DNA from: a virus | DNA: 64,000 nt | IMG/VR virus record: IMGVR_UViG_3300027895_000005 | Coordinates: 38,139-102,138 of that record | Reading direction: 5' to 3' (one strand) | Part shown: positions 9,480 through 19,183 of the stretch, piece after piece | How positions within the stretch are numbered: the first letter of the stretch is position 1 | Layout: each line of letters opens with the position of its first letter | Translations under genes and position numbers: made by a program | Notes under the pieces: generated by a model | The model's database searches: none | What the model saw: the letters and a program-made list of their open reading frames with translations, nothing else | Told to the model about the DNA's origin: nothing

Positions 9480-10701
9480 GGGTTTGCTCCGTCGTCTGCG
9501 CCGCTCTCAGAGCGGCATTCTCCCGCTTGAGACGGCGGATCATCTCAGCTGCGGCGTAACCTGACGACGTGTCGAGAGCGCATTCTGGCTCGCCTTGCAG
9601 CTGGTTGTCGAGCGCTGCGAATTCGAGATCAATCTGACTCTTGCGCACCCAGCCAGCCTCAGAGATTTTGTCCGCTTCCAAGAATCGCAAGTTGCTCCCC
9701 TGCGGCGTGGCAACCACAACCACCTTCCGACCGCGTTCCTCAAGGTTGTCATGCAACTCCTGGCAGAACGTCACCACCTCTTCTCGGAGCGACTTGTCAG
9801 CCAACCATTCCCGAGGATGCTCCAGCACCAGCACGTCACCTGTCTGCGGCGTCAGTCTTCGCACCCGCACGCTGTCGCTTACCCTGCCGGCGTCTTCCAA
9901 CCAGTCGGCGTAGATCTCGATGAGCGGGAAGGCTTCGGCAGGCCCCTGCGTGGTGGCCGTATCGGCGATGGACTGGACGAATTCACGCTCGCCGGGAGAG
10001 AGCCCGAGGAGGGCCAAGAGGCGGCGGATCATGATTTCCACGGGACGCGGAATAAACTGCACACCAGCGTCCGTCATCTCCGCGCCGATATATTGCGGCG
10101 GTTCGTCCTCGTGGGGGATGTATTCCTGTGGCCCCATGTCTGCGTCTGGCTGCTCGGCGGCGATTGACTCCCTGGCCGCAGCGATTGTCTCCTGCGTTTG
10201 GCGGGCCATTCTGCGGAGGGCGTCAAGCCGAGGCGGGGCGCTAGTCGTCTCAGGGATGACGATGGTTCTGCCCGCCCTCGCTTCTTCCTCGATCTGCAGT
10301 GCCCTGTCCCTGTCCCTTGCCCGACGCATGCTGTCGCGGATGTTGCTGGCATCGTGGTTCCAGCCGGACGTTCCGTCCTCGTTGGCGACTACAGGCAATC
10401 CAAGGTTGGCGCGAATGTCGTCTACGCTCACTCGCGAACCCGCCTCTTGCGCGTCCCTCAACGCTTGCATCTGGCGAGCGCCCTCGAGGATCTGCTCAGC
10501 CGTCACCGGGGCTGATCGGCCCGTGCTGTCGGTGAACGTGGCTAGCGGGCCAGCGGGATCCGTCGATTCCCGGATACGATTCGCTGCCACTCGAAACGAC
10601 TGTTCGGACATCTCTTTCAGTCGCGCCAGGATACCGCGAACCTCGGCCACAACCTCGGCGTTCAGTTCTTCGCGCGTCATGGGTTGCCCTCGATCAGACA
10701 T
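9472..10701 (-). CDS. Hypothetical protein with internal TIGR02996-like motif
   Basis: IEIYADWLEDAG; start trimmed to MSDRGQP. Confidence 0.7.
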   Translation of the reverse strand: MSDRGQPMTREELNAEVVAEVRGILARLKEMSEQSFRVAANRIRESTDPAGPLATFTDSTGRSAPVTAEQILEGARQMQALRDAQEAGSRVSVDDIRANLGLPVVANEDGTSGWNHDASNIRDSMRRARDRDRALQIEEEARAGRTIVIPETTSAPPRLDALRRMARQTQETIAAARESIAAEQPDADMGPQEYIPHEDEPPQYIGAEMTDAGVQFIPRPVEIMIRRLLALLGLSPGEREFVQSIADTATTQGPAEAFPLIEIYADWLEDAGRVSDSVRVRRLTPQTGDVLVLEHPREWLADKSLREEVVTFCQELHDNLEERGRKVVVVATPQGSNLRFLEADKISEAGWVRKSQIDLEFAALDNQLQGEPECALDTSSGYAAAEMIRRLKRENAALRAAQTTEQTHV

Positions 10702-10876
10702 TGTAAACTTCGCAGTGCGCCGTCTGTGTCGGGTCAAACCGCGACGTCAGTTCGTGCAACTGCTCGCTGTTGATGACGCCCCTGTTGTAGGCATGGCAGA
10801 GGATGCGCGAGATGCGGCGATTCCAAATCCGATGAGTCAACCTCAACACTAGCCACACAAGAAACTTACGCATTAT

Positions 10877-11104
10877 TTACGCTCCCACCCAGTCGGTTCG
10901 GTTCGGAACGATCTCTTGACGCCCGTCAGCGTGAATGAGACGGATGAGGCATTCAGCCGGAACGCCCATGTCCATCAACGCATACGCCTCTTGCTCCAGA
11001 CGGTCCCAGATCAGATCGACCCGACGTTGGACGAGCGAGATCACCTGCTCCTGCATCCACGCAGCAGAGTCCATCTGCACCTTGTCGCCGCGAAGAACGT
11101 ACAC
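10877..11104 (-). CDS. Hypothetical protein
   Basis: 75-aa ORF in minus-strand operon. Confidence 0.55.
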   Translation of the reverse strand: MYVLRGDKVQMDSAAWMQEQVISLVQRRVDLIWDRLEQEAYALMDMGVPAECLIRLIHADGRQEIVPNRTDWVGA

Positions 11105-11482
11105 TCAGGTCAGCCTCCGCTTGAAGTACGCCGTCACGCCCTTGACCCACCCGCCCTCTTCCTCTTGCCATCGTGGATGGTCCTCCTGTACAGAGATCAA
11201 CTCCCAACCAAGCGCGCCGTACTCGTTAGCCTTTGCTGCGAATGAATCGCCGCGAGGGACCCACACCGAGAGGTACTCCCAGCGCGGTTCGCCAGGGTTG
11301 TATACGGGCTGCATCTCCGGGAGCAGTTCAGCGCTGGTGAGGGACGGATTCTCCACCCTGAGCGATCCTGGCACGGCCAGCACCGTTAGGGGTTCATCGT
11401 CCCCGGCAACGGTTTCCTCGCTGGCAGGAGTGGGGACAGCATCGTCAGGGGAATCAGGACGGGGGCGCTTGCTGCGGGACAT
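11105..11482 (-). CDS. Hypothetical protein (C-term WEYL..ANEYGALGWELISV..YFKR, DUF4177-like)
   Basis: Motif recognised by eye. Confidence 0.6.
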   Translation of the reverse strand: MSRSKRPRPDSPDDAVPTPASEETVAGDDEPLTVLAVPGSLRVENPSLTSAELLPEMQPVYNPGEPRWEYLSVWVPRGDSFAAKANEYGALGWELISVQEDHPRWQEEEGGWVKGVTAYFKRRLT

Positions 11483-11491
11483 GAGTGGTCC

Positions 11492-11665
11492 TCAGATATC
11501 GTCGAGATTGTTCTCCAGGCACGACTCGCACCACCAGGACGGCGGATTCTCGTCTTCGGGGTAGACATCTGCGAGGTACGGGCTTGGCAGGAACACACAC
11601 GGCCCCTTGAAACCGCAGTGGTCGCACGTCGCGACGGCGTCTTGATCGGGGCAGTCCTCGCTCAC
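11492..11665 (-). CDS. Small Cys-rich protein (57 aa; CDHC...CESC)
   Basis: Manual translation from GTG overlapping upstream stop. Confidence 0.6.
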   Translation of the reverse strand: MSEDCPDQDAVATCDHCGFKGPCVFLPSPYLADVYPEDENPPSWWCESCLENNLDDI

Positions 11666-12018
11666 GCCTTTACCTCGCCCTCTATCGTCTGGCTGGCCGG
11701 CAGGGGGATGTCGGCCTCGATGAAGTGGACGGCGGTTGCGACTACCTCGCCGTCCTCATGGCACTTGATCAGATCCTCCAAGACCCCCTTGGCCATGCGG
11801 GCATCCGCTGTTTTCTCATCAACAAGGTAGTTCCAACCACCAGCATCCCACTCGCCCTTGTCGTTGACGGCGACCGCAATCCGCACACGAACGGTCCTTG
11901 GTGGTTCGGCGTCAACCAGCGACGTCGTTCCATCAGGGTTGATGTGGATTCTCTTTCCCGGATGTCGCTTCTGAAACTCAGCTACAAGGTTCTTGGCCTG
12001 CGTCACGGCGTCCGACAT
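11662..12018 (-). CDS. Hypothetical protein
   Basis: 118-aa ORF after terL. Confidence 0.65.
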   Translation of the reverse strand: MSDAVTQAKNLVAEFQKRHPGKRIHINPDGTTSLVDAEPPRTVRVRIAVAVNDKGEWDAGGWNYLVDEKTADARMAKGVLEDLIKCHEDGEVVATAVHFIEADIPLPASQTIEGEVKA

Positions 12019-12060
12019 GCTTTACCCCTCCCCTGATGTGCTCGCCTCATCCTATCGACT

Positions 12061-13521
12061 CTACCGCCTGGGGAACAGCCTTCCCCGACCGGGCGGGACC
12101 ATTTCGGACAGGCGTGGAGCTTCGCGGGGGGCTTGCTCGGGGGCGGGAGCGGACGAGGGGGCGTCCCAGGGGCCACCGTGCAGATCGAAGTGGGCAATCA
12201 TATACCTGATCGCGTCCGCGGAATGGTTGTCCTTGTCCACGGGTTCGTCTTTCTTGTGGCTGTCTTCCCAGATGTACGCATCTACTTCCTCGTCGAACCC
12301 GATGGGGGACTTGGATTCTTCCAGCAGAGGGTCGCGACCGTCGAGGCGGTCTCGGAAGAAGAACAGCCTCGCCTTGCCATCTCCCGCATCGCGAAGCCTC
12401 ACCTGTACCCGTTCGATTCCGGGAAGCTTGTCCTTCTTGGCCTTCGTCGTGCCCATCTTCAAGTATCGCTCAAGAGTGGCCCTACCCTCCGCGTCGTGGT
12501 CGCAGACGATGGCCTTGGGGCGGATGCGGGCGAGGATGGAGTCTACCGAATGGCCAGTCTTCTTCGCCCAACTTTCCGCCTCTTCGTGAAGCAGTTGCAG
12601 CATCCGCTTGGCGTGGTCCTCCACGAGCGTCATCGTCCGGTAGATCTCGCGGTAGCAGTAGAGGCGGCCGTCGTGGTCCTGTGCGAAGAACAGACAAGCG
12701 AAGGGGTTGGTATACCCGAAGTCGATCGACCAGTACCGGGGCCACTCCCAGGGCACGTCGAAGCGGTCGATCAGGTGAATCGTACGGTCCCAGCCTTCGT
12801 ACACCACCCCTTCGGCCTGTACCCATCGGCCGAAGCGCAGGCGCTGCTTTCGCGGGCCGGTGAGATTGTCCAGCTTGGCGATGTAGTCACGGCCAACCGA
12901 TGTCCAACCACCGTTGCGCCAGAAGAGCGGGTTGTCTTCGTGCCGACTGTCGAGCATCACCGTCTGGCCGCGGTCGCATCGCTTTTTCAGCCAGTGGGTT
13001 GGGGCGTCGGGGTTCGTGTCAGCGATGATCTGCTGGTACGGCATCTTCCCGTGACGCAACGGTCGCGTCAGCAACTCCCAATCGTTCTCGGTCAACTCGA
13101 TGGCCTCTTGAACATAAACGACGTCGTACTCCGTACTGAGCGTCTTGCTCGGCTTGTCCATGCCGCCCAGGACGATGGTTGACCCGTTGGGGTAGTGGTA
13201 AGCTTGCCGAACTCGCCTCTGTCCGCCCGTTTGTAGTGCTGGATGGTTCGGCAGGAGGACTTGAGACTCAAAAGTGACCAGCGCAGACTCGGTGAGCGAC
13301 TCTCGCGTCTTGCGGACAATCAGGCCGCGCATGCCAGGATAATTTCTGGCGCAGAGATTGAGTTTCTCGAGGGCCGCCCTCGTTTTGCCGGTGCCTGCAG
13401 GCCCAGCCAAAAGTACCTCCGGCGACCTGTCAAGAATCATCGCCAGGCACTTACCGACCGGATGATACGGCCGGTTGTTGGCAGTCACCTCTCCAGGCTT
13501 GGGATAGCTGGCGGCGCTCAT
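12061..13521 (-). CDS. terL: Terminase large subunit (PBSX-like)
   Basis: Walker A GPAGTGKT, Walker B VYVQEAIE, nuclease SIDFGYTNPF and DNHSADAIRY. Confidence 0.95.
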   Translation of the reverse strand: MSAASYPKPGEVTANNRPYHPVGKCLAMILDRSPEVLLAGPAGTGKTRAALEKLNLCARNYPGMRGLIVRKTRESLTESALVTFESQVLLPNHPALQTGGQRRVRQAYHYPNGSTIVLGGMDKPSKTLSTEYDVVYVQEAIELTENDWELLTRPLRHGKMPYQQIIADTNPDAPTHWLKKRCDRGQTVMLDSRHEDNPLFWRNGGWTSVGRDYIAKLDNLTGPRKQRLRFGRWVQAEGVVYEGWDRTIHLIDRFDVPWEWPRYWSIDFGYTNPFACLFFAQDHDGRLYCYREIYRTMTLVEDHAKRMLQLLHEEAESWAKKTGHSVDSILARIRPKAIVCDHDAEGRATLERYLKMGTTKAKKDKLPGIERVQVRLRDAGDGKARLFFFRDRLDGRDPLLEESKSPIGFDEEVDAYIWEDSHKKDEPVDKDNHSADAIRYMIAHFDLHGGPWDAPSSAPAPEQAPREAPRLSEMVPPGRGRLFPRR

Positions 13522-14051
13522 ACCTGTTCAGGATCGAACCCAGCATACGCCTTGAAAGGCAGGCCGCCGCTTGTGATATCCTTCTTTTCGGGTTCGTTCA
13601 AACCCCACAGTTTACGGAGATCGGCAAGAGCTGCACGAGCCTCGGCGATGTAAGCCGTGTCACCGACCTGCCCCTTCACTTTGCGAGTGACAATCTGGCC
13701 GGGCATCGCTCGCTCGACTTCTGCTTCGCCTTCATCGGCAGGTTCGATAACAACCGTTGTCTCTGTGGTCACTTCGACGGCGTCTTTCTTGGATCGCTCC
13801 CAGGCCTGCAAGGCCTCGTCAATGATATGGTCGAGGCGATTGGATTGATCCGCTTTCATCCGTAGGACGTCTTCGGTGATTTCCTTGAGTGCGCGGTCGC
13901 AGAGTCGGGACAGCATCTTGGAGATTGTGGACGGATCTACTTCCAGTGTCGCCGCAATCCTCGCGTGCGTCCATCCCTGCTGTCGCAACGCCCAGGCCTG
14001 CCGCTCTCGCTCTCGCACCACCTCGGGAATATCCTTCTGCCGACCGGCCAT
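13518..14051 (-). CDS. terS: Terminase small subunit (N-terminal HTH)
   Basis: HTH WTHARIAATLEVDPSTISK; directly upstream of and overlapping terL. Confidence 0.8.
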   Translation of the reverse strand: MAGRQKDIPEVVRERERQAWALRQQGWTHARIAATLEVDPSTISKMLSRLCDRALKEITEDVLRMKADQSNRLDHIIDEALQAWERSKKDAVEVTTETTVVIEPADEGEAEVERAMPGQIVTRKVKGQVGDTAYIAEARAALADLRKLWGLNEPEKKDITSGGLPFKAYAGFDPEQV

Positions 14052-14191
14052 TATGACACCCTGACGTGAATCTGCGCATCAACGCCACCCCTAGATTCGC
14101 CAATACATTCCGAAGTAATCTTACCCTACGGCGAATCTTCCTATACAATTTGACGCAACGCCCACCCTCTCCACCGGGGCCAGTCCCCACA

Positions 14192-15442
14192 ATGACCGAC
14201 GAGACCGAAGAACCTGGGGCGCTTTTTGCGGAACTTCCAATGGAGCGGATGGACCCACAGGCGGCTAACCTGTTGGATCTCGAGCGCGATCATGGGCTTC
14301 CCCCGGCAGGCATGGACGCCTTGAAGTGGCAGGGGGGGCAGGACGCCATCAATCCGCGTGACTTCTGCGATTGCGAGGGTGAATGCACCTGCGCCGAGGA
14401 ATGGCTGGAGTTGCTGCTGGCCTTTGACCGCAAGGGGTATTCCGATCCCAAACCGCCGCGCTCGCCGATGTGGGAACAGAACTACGAGAAACGCATCAAT
14501 ATCATGGAGGAGCGGGCGCTGTCTGGGCGTGCCATCCGACGCAAAGGGGACTGGGACCACGAGGCCGGTCTCAAGGTGGCGAGGAAGGTCACAGCGGGCA
14601 AGGCAACTGTGGCGTGCGAGGGGAAGCCGGCGCGGGAACAAACGAAGGAGGAAAGAGACTGGGCGCTGCACAAGGAAATCCTTGAGAGCAACCTGCGGCG
14701 GGAGGTAAACCGCGAGTACGTGCTGGCAAGGGTGGCGTCCGGGACGGGATACGAGGACCCGGAGGCGACGGCGTCGATTCGTCAGGAAGAGGAAAAGCGG
14801 TATCTGATGGCGCTGGGAGTGCTGCGGGAAAAACCAGGCGACAACGAGACGGCGACCATCACGAAAGCGAAGGTAAGACGTGAAGCAAAACGGAAAAATG
14901 CTGGCCGACATAGCCGGGGAGTTGAGGGCGGCGCACCAGCGGAGCGAAACTGTGCTGATATGGAAGGGGACGGCGATCGAACTGGGGAAACTGCTGCTCG
15001 AAGCAAGGAGGCTTATCGGTTCGAAGGGATGGCTGACGTGGCTGGCGGAGAACACGAAGATCAGCGCGAGGACGGCACAGAACTACATGAGGCTGGCGCA
15101 AGCCGGGTGACGGCAGAGGAAGAATCAACCGGGACGGAAACACCAAGGGAGGCGAAAGCGAGCAATGGATCGAAACGAGCAAGAACTGACGATGCTGGCC
15201 GAGAAGATCAACGCCGGGCATCAGAGGATCGAGAGCGGACTGCGAACCACGCTGGCCGACGCCGTCGAGGTCGGCAAGTGGCTGATCCTGGCGCAGGACA
15301 AGGTCGAGGGCCACAAATGGGTGGAGTGGATGGAGAACAACCTAACCTTCTCCGTGCGGACGGCGCAGAAGTACAAGCGGGTGGCGAATCACGCTACCGA
15401 GAAGGGGGAGTATGCGCCGTTCCCGGCGCATATGGGAGTTGA
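14192..15442 (+). CDS. Hypothetical protein; 3' half overlaps two DUF3102 ORFs in another frame
   Basis: N-half looks protein-like (CDCEGECTC); C-half low complexity, real end uncertain. Confidence 0.5.
   Translation: MTDETEEPGALFAELPMERMDPQAANLLDLERDHGLPPAGMDALKWQGGQDAINPRDFCDCEGECTCAEEWLELLLAFDRKGYSDPKPPRSPMWEQNYEKRINIMEERALSGRAIRRKGDWDHEAGLKVARKVTAGKATVACEGKPAREQTKEERDWALHKEILESNLRREVNREYVLARVASGTGYEDPEATASIRQEEEKRYLMALGVLREKPGDNETATITKAKVRREAKRKNAGRHSRGVEGGAPAERNCADMEGDGDRTGETAARSKEAYRFEGMADVAGGEHEDQREDGTELHEAGASRVTAEEESTGTETPREAKASNGSKRARTDDAGREDQRRASEDRERTANHAGRRRRGRQVADPGAGQGRGPQMGGVDGEQPNLLRADGAEVQAGGESRYREGGVCAVPGAYGS
14880..15110 (+). CDS. DUF3102-like protein
   Basis: IELGKLLLEARR...WLTWLAEN..ISARTAQNYMRLA. 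Confidence 0.7.
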   Translation: MKQNGKMLADIAGELRAAHQRSETVLIWKGTAIELGKLLLEARRLIGSKGWLTWLAENTKISARTAQNYMRLAQAG

Positions 15443-15785
15443 CGAGTCGTTTGAATTCATCGCGGACGTCGAGGAAGACGACGCTTCGGGCATGACTCCC
15501 GAAGAGATCGCCGCCGTCATCGCCGAACGCGAAAAGGCAGCAGCGGAGCGTTCGGCGAAGCGTGATACGCGGGTGGCCGAACAGAGCGAGGACCGGAAGT
15601 TCCACCGGAAGATGGTGACCTTGAAAAACCTCGCCCGGGTCTTGCCTGAGATCGACTACGAGCCGAGCGAGGAGGAGCGGGAGAGCCTGCGCAAGCCGGT
15701 GATCCAGCTCGCCCACTGGCTGGGCGTGCCCATCGCCGAGGAGGTTGCCGCGGGTGAAGTTGCCTGCGGGGAAGCAGTCGCATAG
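15165..15785 (+). CDS. DUF3102-like protein
   Basis: VEVGKWLILAQ...WVEWMENNLTFSVRTAQKYKRVA. Confidence 0.8.
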   Translation: MDRNEQELTMLAEKINAGHQRIESGLRTTLADAVEVGKWLILAQDKVEGHKWVEWMENNLTFSVRTAQKYKRVANHATEKGEYAPFPAHMGVDESFEFIADVEEDDASGMTPEEIAAVIAEREKAAAERSAKRDTRVAEQSEDRKFHRKMVTLKNLARVLPEIDYEPSEEERESLRKPVIQLAHWLGVPIAEEVAAGEVACGEAVA

Positions 15786-15821
15786 GATACAGGGGTTCTT
15801 CCGCATGTGGTTCTCCTGATG

Positions 15822-15862
15822 ACCCCCGCGCGACGCAAGCAGCCCGTCGCGCGGGGGTTTTT
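15822..15862 (+). terminator. Rho-independent terminator
   Basis: acccccgcgcgacg / cgtcgcgcgggggt stem followed by T-run. Confidence 0.8.
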
Positions 15863-15880
15863 CGTTGGAGGAGGAAGCCG

Positions 15881-16060
15881 ATGGACAAGTGCCAGGCGGA
15901 ACGAAAGATGGCGAAGCTTGTCGAGACGGGGAAGTATCTCCTGGAGGCGCGAGAACTTGTCGAGCCCGGGACATGGCTGATGTACCTGCGAAAGTGGGAT
16001 ATCAGTCCGGGAAGGGCGCGAAGGTGCATGAAGCTGGCGCAGGCAAAGGGGGCGTCATGA
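15881..16060 (+). CDS. Third DUF3102-like protein (59 aa)
   Basis: Manual: MDKCQAERKMAKLVETGKYLLEARELVEPGTWLMYLRKWDISPGRARRCMKLAQAKGAS; RBS ggaggagg. Confidence 0.7.
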   Translation: MDKCQAERKMAKLVETGKYLLEARELVEPGTWLMYLRKWDISPGRARRCMKLAQAKGAS

Positions 16061-16308
16061 GCGACAACGCGAACTACACCCTGGTCGTGCCCTTCCTGAC
16101 GGATGAACCCCTCTTCGCTTTTGGCGTGGAGTACGGCCTTCTGTTCGCGCGAATGAGCGACCCCAACGTGAACGAGATCCACGACTACTGCTCGATCTGG
16201 TTGCAAGAGCAGATCACCCTGACGGCGAATCGGTGCGGGTGGCGCATCGTCGAGATGTCCACGGTCGATGAGTGCTGGTTCTGGCTGCGGATGAAACGCA
16301 GCCGGTGA
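16057..16308 (+). CDS. Hypothetical protein (83 aa)
   Basis: ATGA overlap. Confidence 0.65.
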   Translation: MSDNANYTLVVPFLTDEPLFAFGVEYGLLFARMSDPNVNEIHDYCSIWLQEQITLTANRCGWRIVEMSTVDECWFWLRMKRSR

Positions 16309-16378
16309 GGGTTGCCGGCCGCAAGGGTCGGCGGTAGGATGGGATGACCACACGAGCCAGGGGTGTCAGAGGCCCATT

Positions 16379-16416
16379 CCCCCGCGACGTTGTACCAGGA
16401 CGTCGCGGGGGTTTTT
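16379..16416 (+). terminator. Rho-independent terminator
   Basis: cccccgcgacgt / acgtcgcggggg + ttttt; near copy of the 15822 terminator. Confidence 0.85.
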
Positions 16417-16420
16417 CGTC

Positions 16421-16740
16421 TACCGCGCTACTACCGCGCAACGCGCGATATTTACCTCTGGACGGGGTAATGTGAAGCAGTACGAACGCTTGTGAAGTCC
16501 GCTCAAAAATCCCCCTGTACACAATCCATCCCTCTTTGTATCCTGTTACCCGTCCGATGTTTGCGGCACGACGACGCAGCCGGACGACTGCCGTTCATAC
16601 TCACGCGCGAATGGTTCATAAGGCCAAGGTCAGTGGTTCAAATCCACTCGCCGCTACTGTCATAACATGATGCTGGCAATGGACTTGCGAACCGGATTCA
16701 TGAGAATCCGCGAGCATGGAACGGCAGGATCGGCGCGGTA
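16421..16740. repeat. Candidate integrase arm-type sites
   Basis: taccgcgc at 16421 and 16432, inverted copy gcgcggta at 16733, flanking the att core. Confidence 0.5.
16616..16657 (+). other. attP: att core (attP): 3' half of a tRNA with CAT anticodon
   Basis: TCATAA-GGCCA-AGGTC-AGTGG-TTCAAAT-CCACT-CGCCGCT-AC; perfect T arm; no 5' half; about 120 bp upstream of integrase. Confidence 0.8.
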
Positions 16741-16778
16741 AGATGTCGCGCTACCTCTTGCAGGGAGGCTTGCCTTCC

Positions 16779-17963
16779 ATGCCACGCATTCCACGAGCTC
16801 CTGGTTACCGGCTCCATCGGGCGTCCGGTCAGGCGGTCGTCACCTTCAACCAGGGCAAGCAGCGCCACACGGTTTATCTGGGCGTGTACGACAGCCCTGA
16901 ATCCCATGCCATGTACAAGCGGAAGGTCGCCGAGTGGTTTGCCGCGGGTGGGACGGAACCTCCACCGCGCAAGGCGGCGATCACGGTGAGCGAACTGCTC
17001 GCCGCCTACTGGGTTCACGCGAAGGCCTACTACGTCAAGGACGGCGAACCCACCACGCAGCAACGACGCATCAAGAAGACCATCGGGATGGTGGGGGACC
17101 TGTACGGATCAACCCCGGCCAGCGAGTTCTCGCCGCGCGCACTCAAGGCCGTGCGCGAGGTGATGGTGCGCGAGGGGTGGAAGCGGAAGGTGGTCAACCA
17201 GCGGGTCCAGCTCATCGTCCAGGCGTTCCGCTGGGCCGTCGAGGAAGAGCTGGTCGGTGCGACCGTCCACCAGGCCCTGACCGCTGTGGACGCCCTCAAG
17301 AAAGGGAGGACCCCGGCGCCGGAAAGCGAGAAGGTGGAACCTGCCCCCGAGCATTCCATCGAGGCCGTGCGGCCGATCCTCTCCCCTGCCCTCCGCGATG
17401 CGATGGACGTCCAGTTGCTGACGGCTGCGCGGCCCGGGGAAGTCCTGGACATGCGGCCGTGCGACCTGGACGTCAGGGGAGAGGTGTGGTTCTACCGCCC
17501 GGAGTCGTGGAAGACCGAACACCACGAGGGCAGCGAGAAGGTCGTCTACATCGGACCGCGGTGTCAGGAGATCCTGCGGAAGCGGTGGCCGGCGAAGGAG
17601 GATGAGTACTTCTTCTCCCCGCGCCGGGAGATGGAGGAGCGGTGCAAGAGGCTCCGGGCGGCGCGCAAGTCGCCGGTCCAGCCGTCACAGAAGAACCGCC
17701 GCAAGAAGGGGCGTAAGCGTCCCTGGGGGGAGAAGTACCTCGAGACGTCCTACGGGCACGCGGTAACCAGAGCGTGCATCAGGGCAGGCGTGGAGCACTT
17801 CTCCCCCCACCAGCTCCGCCACAGCGCCGCAACCCGAATCCGGGCGCAGTTCGGGATCGAAACAGCGTCGGTGATACTGGGGCACGCACACCTCTCCACT
17901 ACCGAGATCTATGCAGAGGCCAATACCAGCGCAGCCGTCAAGGCAATGAAAGCCGCGGGCTGA
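16779..17963 (+). CDS. int: Tyrosine integrase
   Basis: N-term PGYRLHRASGQAVV; catalytic ARPGE, HQLRH, LGH, TTEIY; RBS gggagg before MPRIP. Confidence 0.95.
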   Translation: MPRIPRAPGYRLHRASGQAVVTFNQGKQRHTVYLGVYDSPESHAMYKRKVAEWFAAGGTEPPPRKAAITVSELLAAYWVHAKAYYVKDGEPTTQQRRIKKTIGMVGDLYGSTPASEFSPRALKAVREVMVREGWKRKVVNQRVQLIVQAFRWAVEEELVGATVHQALTAVDALKKGRTPAPESEKVEPAPEHSIEAVRPILSPALRDAMDVQLLTAARPGEVLDMRPCDLDVRGEVWFYRPESWKTEHHEGSEKVVYIGPRCQEILRKRWPAKEDEYFFSPRREMEERCKRLRAARKSPVQPSQKNRRKKGRKRPWGEKYLETSYGHAVTRACIRAGVEHFSPHQLRHSAATRIRAQFGIETASVILGHAHLSTTEIYAEANTSAAVKAMKAAG

Positions 17964-18053
17964 CGATGGGTGCAATCCTCGCGGAGTCTCTTGAAGTCCG
18001 GTCAGGTTCGGTCATAGACTGATGAGGGTACCTCCCGGCCGTGGAGCCCTGTC

Positions 18054-18449
18054 ATGCCGGCCAGCAGCGAAGCGGTCCAGCGCCTGCGAATAGCGCTCAG
18101 CGAGGCGTCCCGTGCGGCGGACGCCATTCTCGAAGAAGACGACCCCTGCAAGGTGGCCAGGCTGTGCCGAGTCGAGCGCGCCTGCGTGGAATGCCTGATC
18201 CGCGCCGGCCAGCGATGCACCCTCCCGCAACTCCGCGAGGTGGTCGAGGCACGCCTGGCAGAACCTGTCGCCGAGGGGATGCTCAAGGCGATGTTGGCGC
18301 GAATGACGGCGCCTGAGGTGAACATCCTTCACAGCGATCGAAGCGCCCATCCCCCGGGCTATCAGCTTACCCCTGCCTTCCTCTCCCTCTTCCCTGTCGA
18401 ACGAATTGAGAGACTGCGGACGTCCGCTGTACGATCTGACTGTGCCTGA
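18054..18449 (+). CDS. Hypothetical protein
   Basis: 131-aa ORF after int. Confidence 0.55.
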   Translation: MPASSEAVQRLRIALSEASRAADAILEEDDPCKVARLCRVERACVECLIRAGQRCTLPQLREVVEARLAEPVAEGMLKAMLARMTAPEVNILHSDRSAHPPGYQLTPAFLSLFPVERIERLRTSAVRSDCA

Positions 18450-18590
18450 GCGGAGTTCGCCCGACGTCGGCCGCGCCTTTCGCGATCTCTTGCCTCATTT
18501 CCCTGCCATTCGCGGCACAACCAATCCGGCTCGTGGTCCGACGAAGGGGGTGCGCGTATCCTGCAACAGCACGTCAAGCAGGAGGAACCG

Positions 18591-18980
18591 ATGAGCGAGC
18601 CGCTGGATCTGGGACCGCTGGAAGAATTCGACGACGAGAAGTCCATCGACATGCAAGAGGCGCGGAAGCTGATGCGCGGCCGGGCGGGCCGGGCGAGCCT
18701 CGAGGTTGTGCGGCGATGGGCCAACCCGTGTCGCGGATGCCGGCCCCGGGGAGAAGCTGGTCCCGTACTCGTACTGCCGGCGGTCAAGGTGTCGGGGGGC
18801 TGGCGCACAATGGCGAGCTGGGTTGCGGCATTCGAGAGGGAGAGGCAGCGTCAGGGGATGGGGACGAGGGTGTTCCCGCAGGAGTCGCGGACGCCAAAGC
18901 AAGCGGCAGCAGGGCATCGCCGGGCAACGGCGTTCCTCGAGGCGGAAGGGGTTATCAAGCCGGTTTCGCCGAAGGGGTGA
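18591..18980 (+). CDS. DUF1580-like HTH protein, probable excisionase
   Basis: SLEVVRRWA..G...LPAVKVSGGWRT..WVAAF; C-term RRATAFLEAEG; RBS ggagg. Confidence 0.65.
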   Translation: MSEPLDLGPLEEFDDEKSIDMQEARKLMRGRAGRASLEVVRRWANPCRGCRPRGEAGPVLVLPAVKVSGGWRTMASWVAAFERERQRQGMGTRVFPQESRTPKQAAAGHRRATAFLEAEGVIKPVSPKG

Positions 18981-19143
18981 CCCGCCCGCCCTGGTCCCGG
19001 CTGAACCGGCACTTGAGGACGTCAGCGTGAGCCTTGTGGAGGTCGAGTTGAGCTTTGCGCTCGTGATTGAATCGAAGGAACGCCGTTGCATAGACGCCGC
19101 GGCAGGCGTCGGTGAGGTTGCGGGAGAGGTCGTCGGGGTTCAT
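18955..19143 (-). CDS. Hypothetical protein
   Basis: MNPDDLSRNL..., weak support. Confidence 0.35.
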   Translation of the reverse strand: MNPDDLSRNLTDACRGVYATAFLRFNHERKAQLDLHKAHADVLKCRFSRDQGGRVTPSAKPA

Positions 19144-19183
19144 GGGAGGCGCCGGAAAGAGTGAGGGGTAGGCGAAGGGGTGA

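Noticed and set aside
1350-13182. Long plus-strand ORFs opposite head genes (1350-2342, 6037-6996, 12133-13182)
   Set aside because: Antisense shadows of clear minus-strand genes in GC-rich DNA; no motifs or RBS
16580-16660. Complete tRNA-Met gene
   Set aside because: No 5' acceptor strand, D arm or 5' anticodon stem; only the 3' half is present
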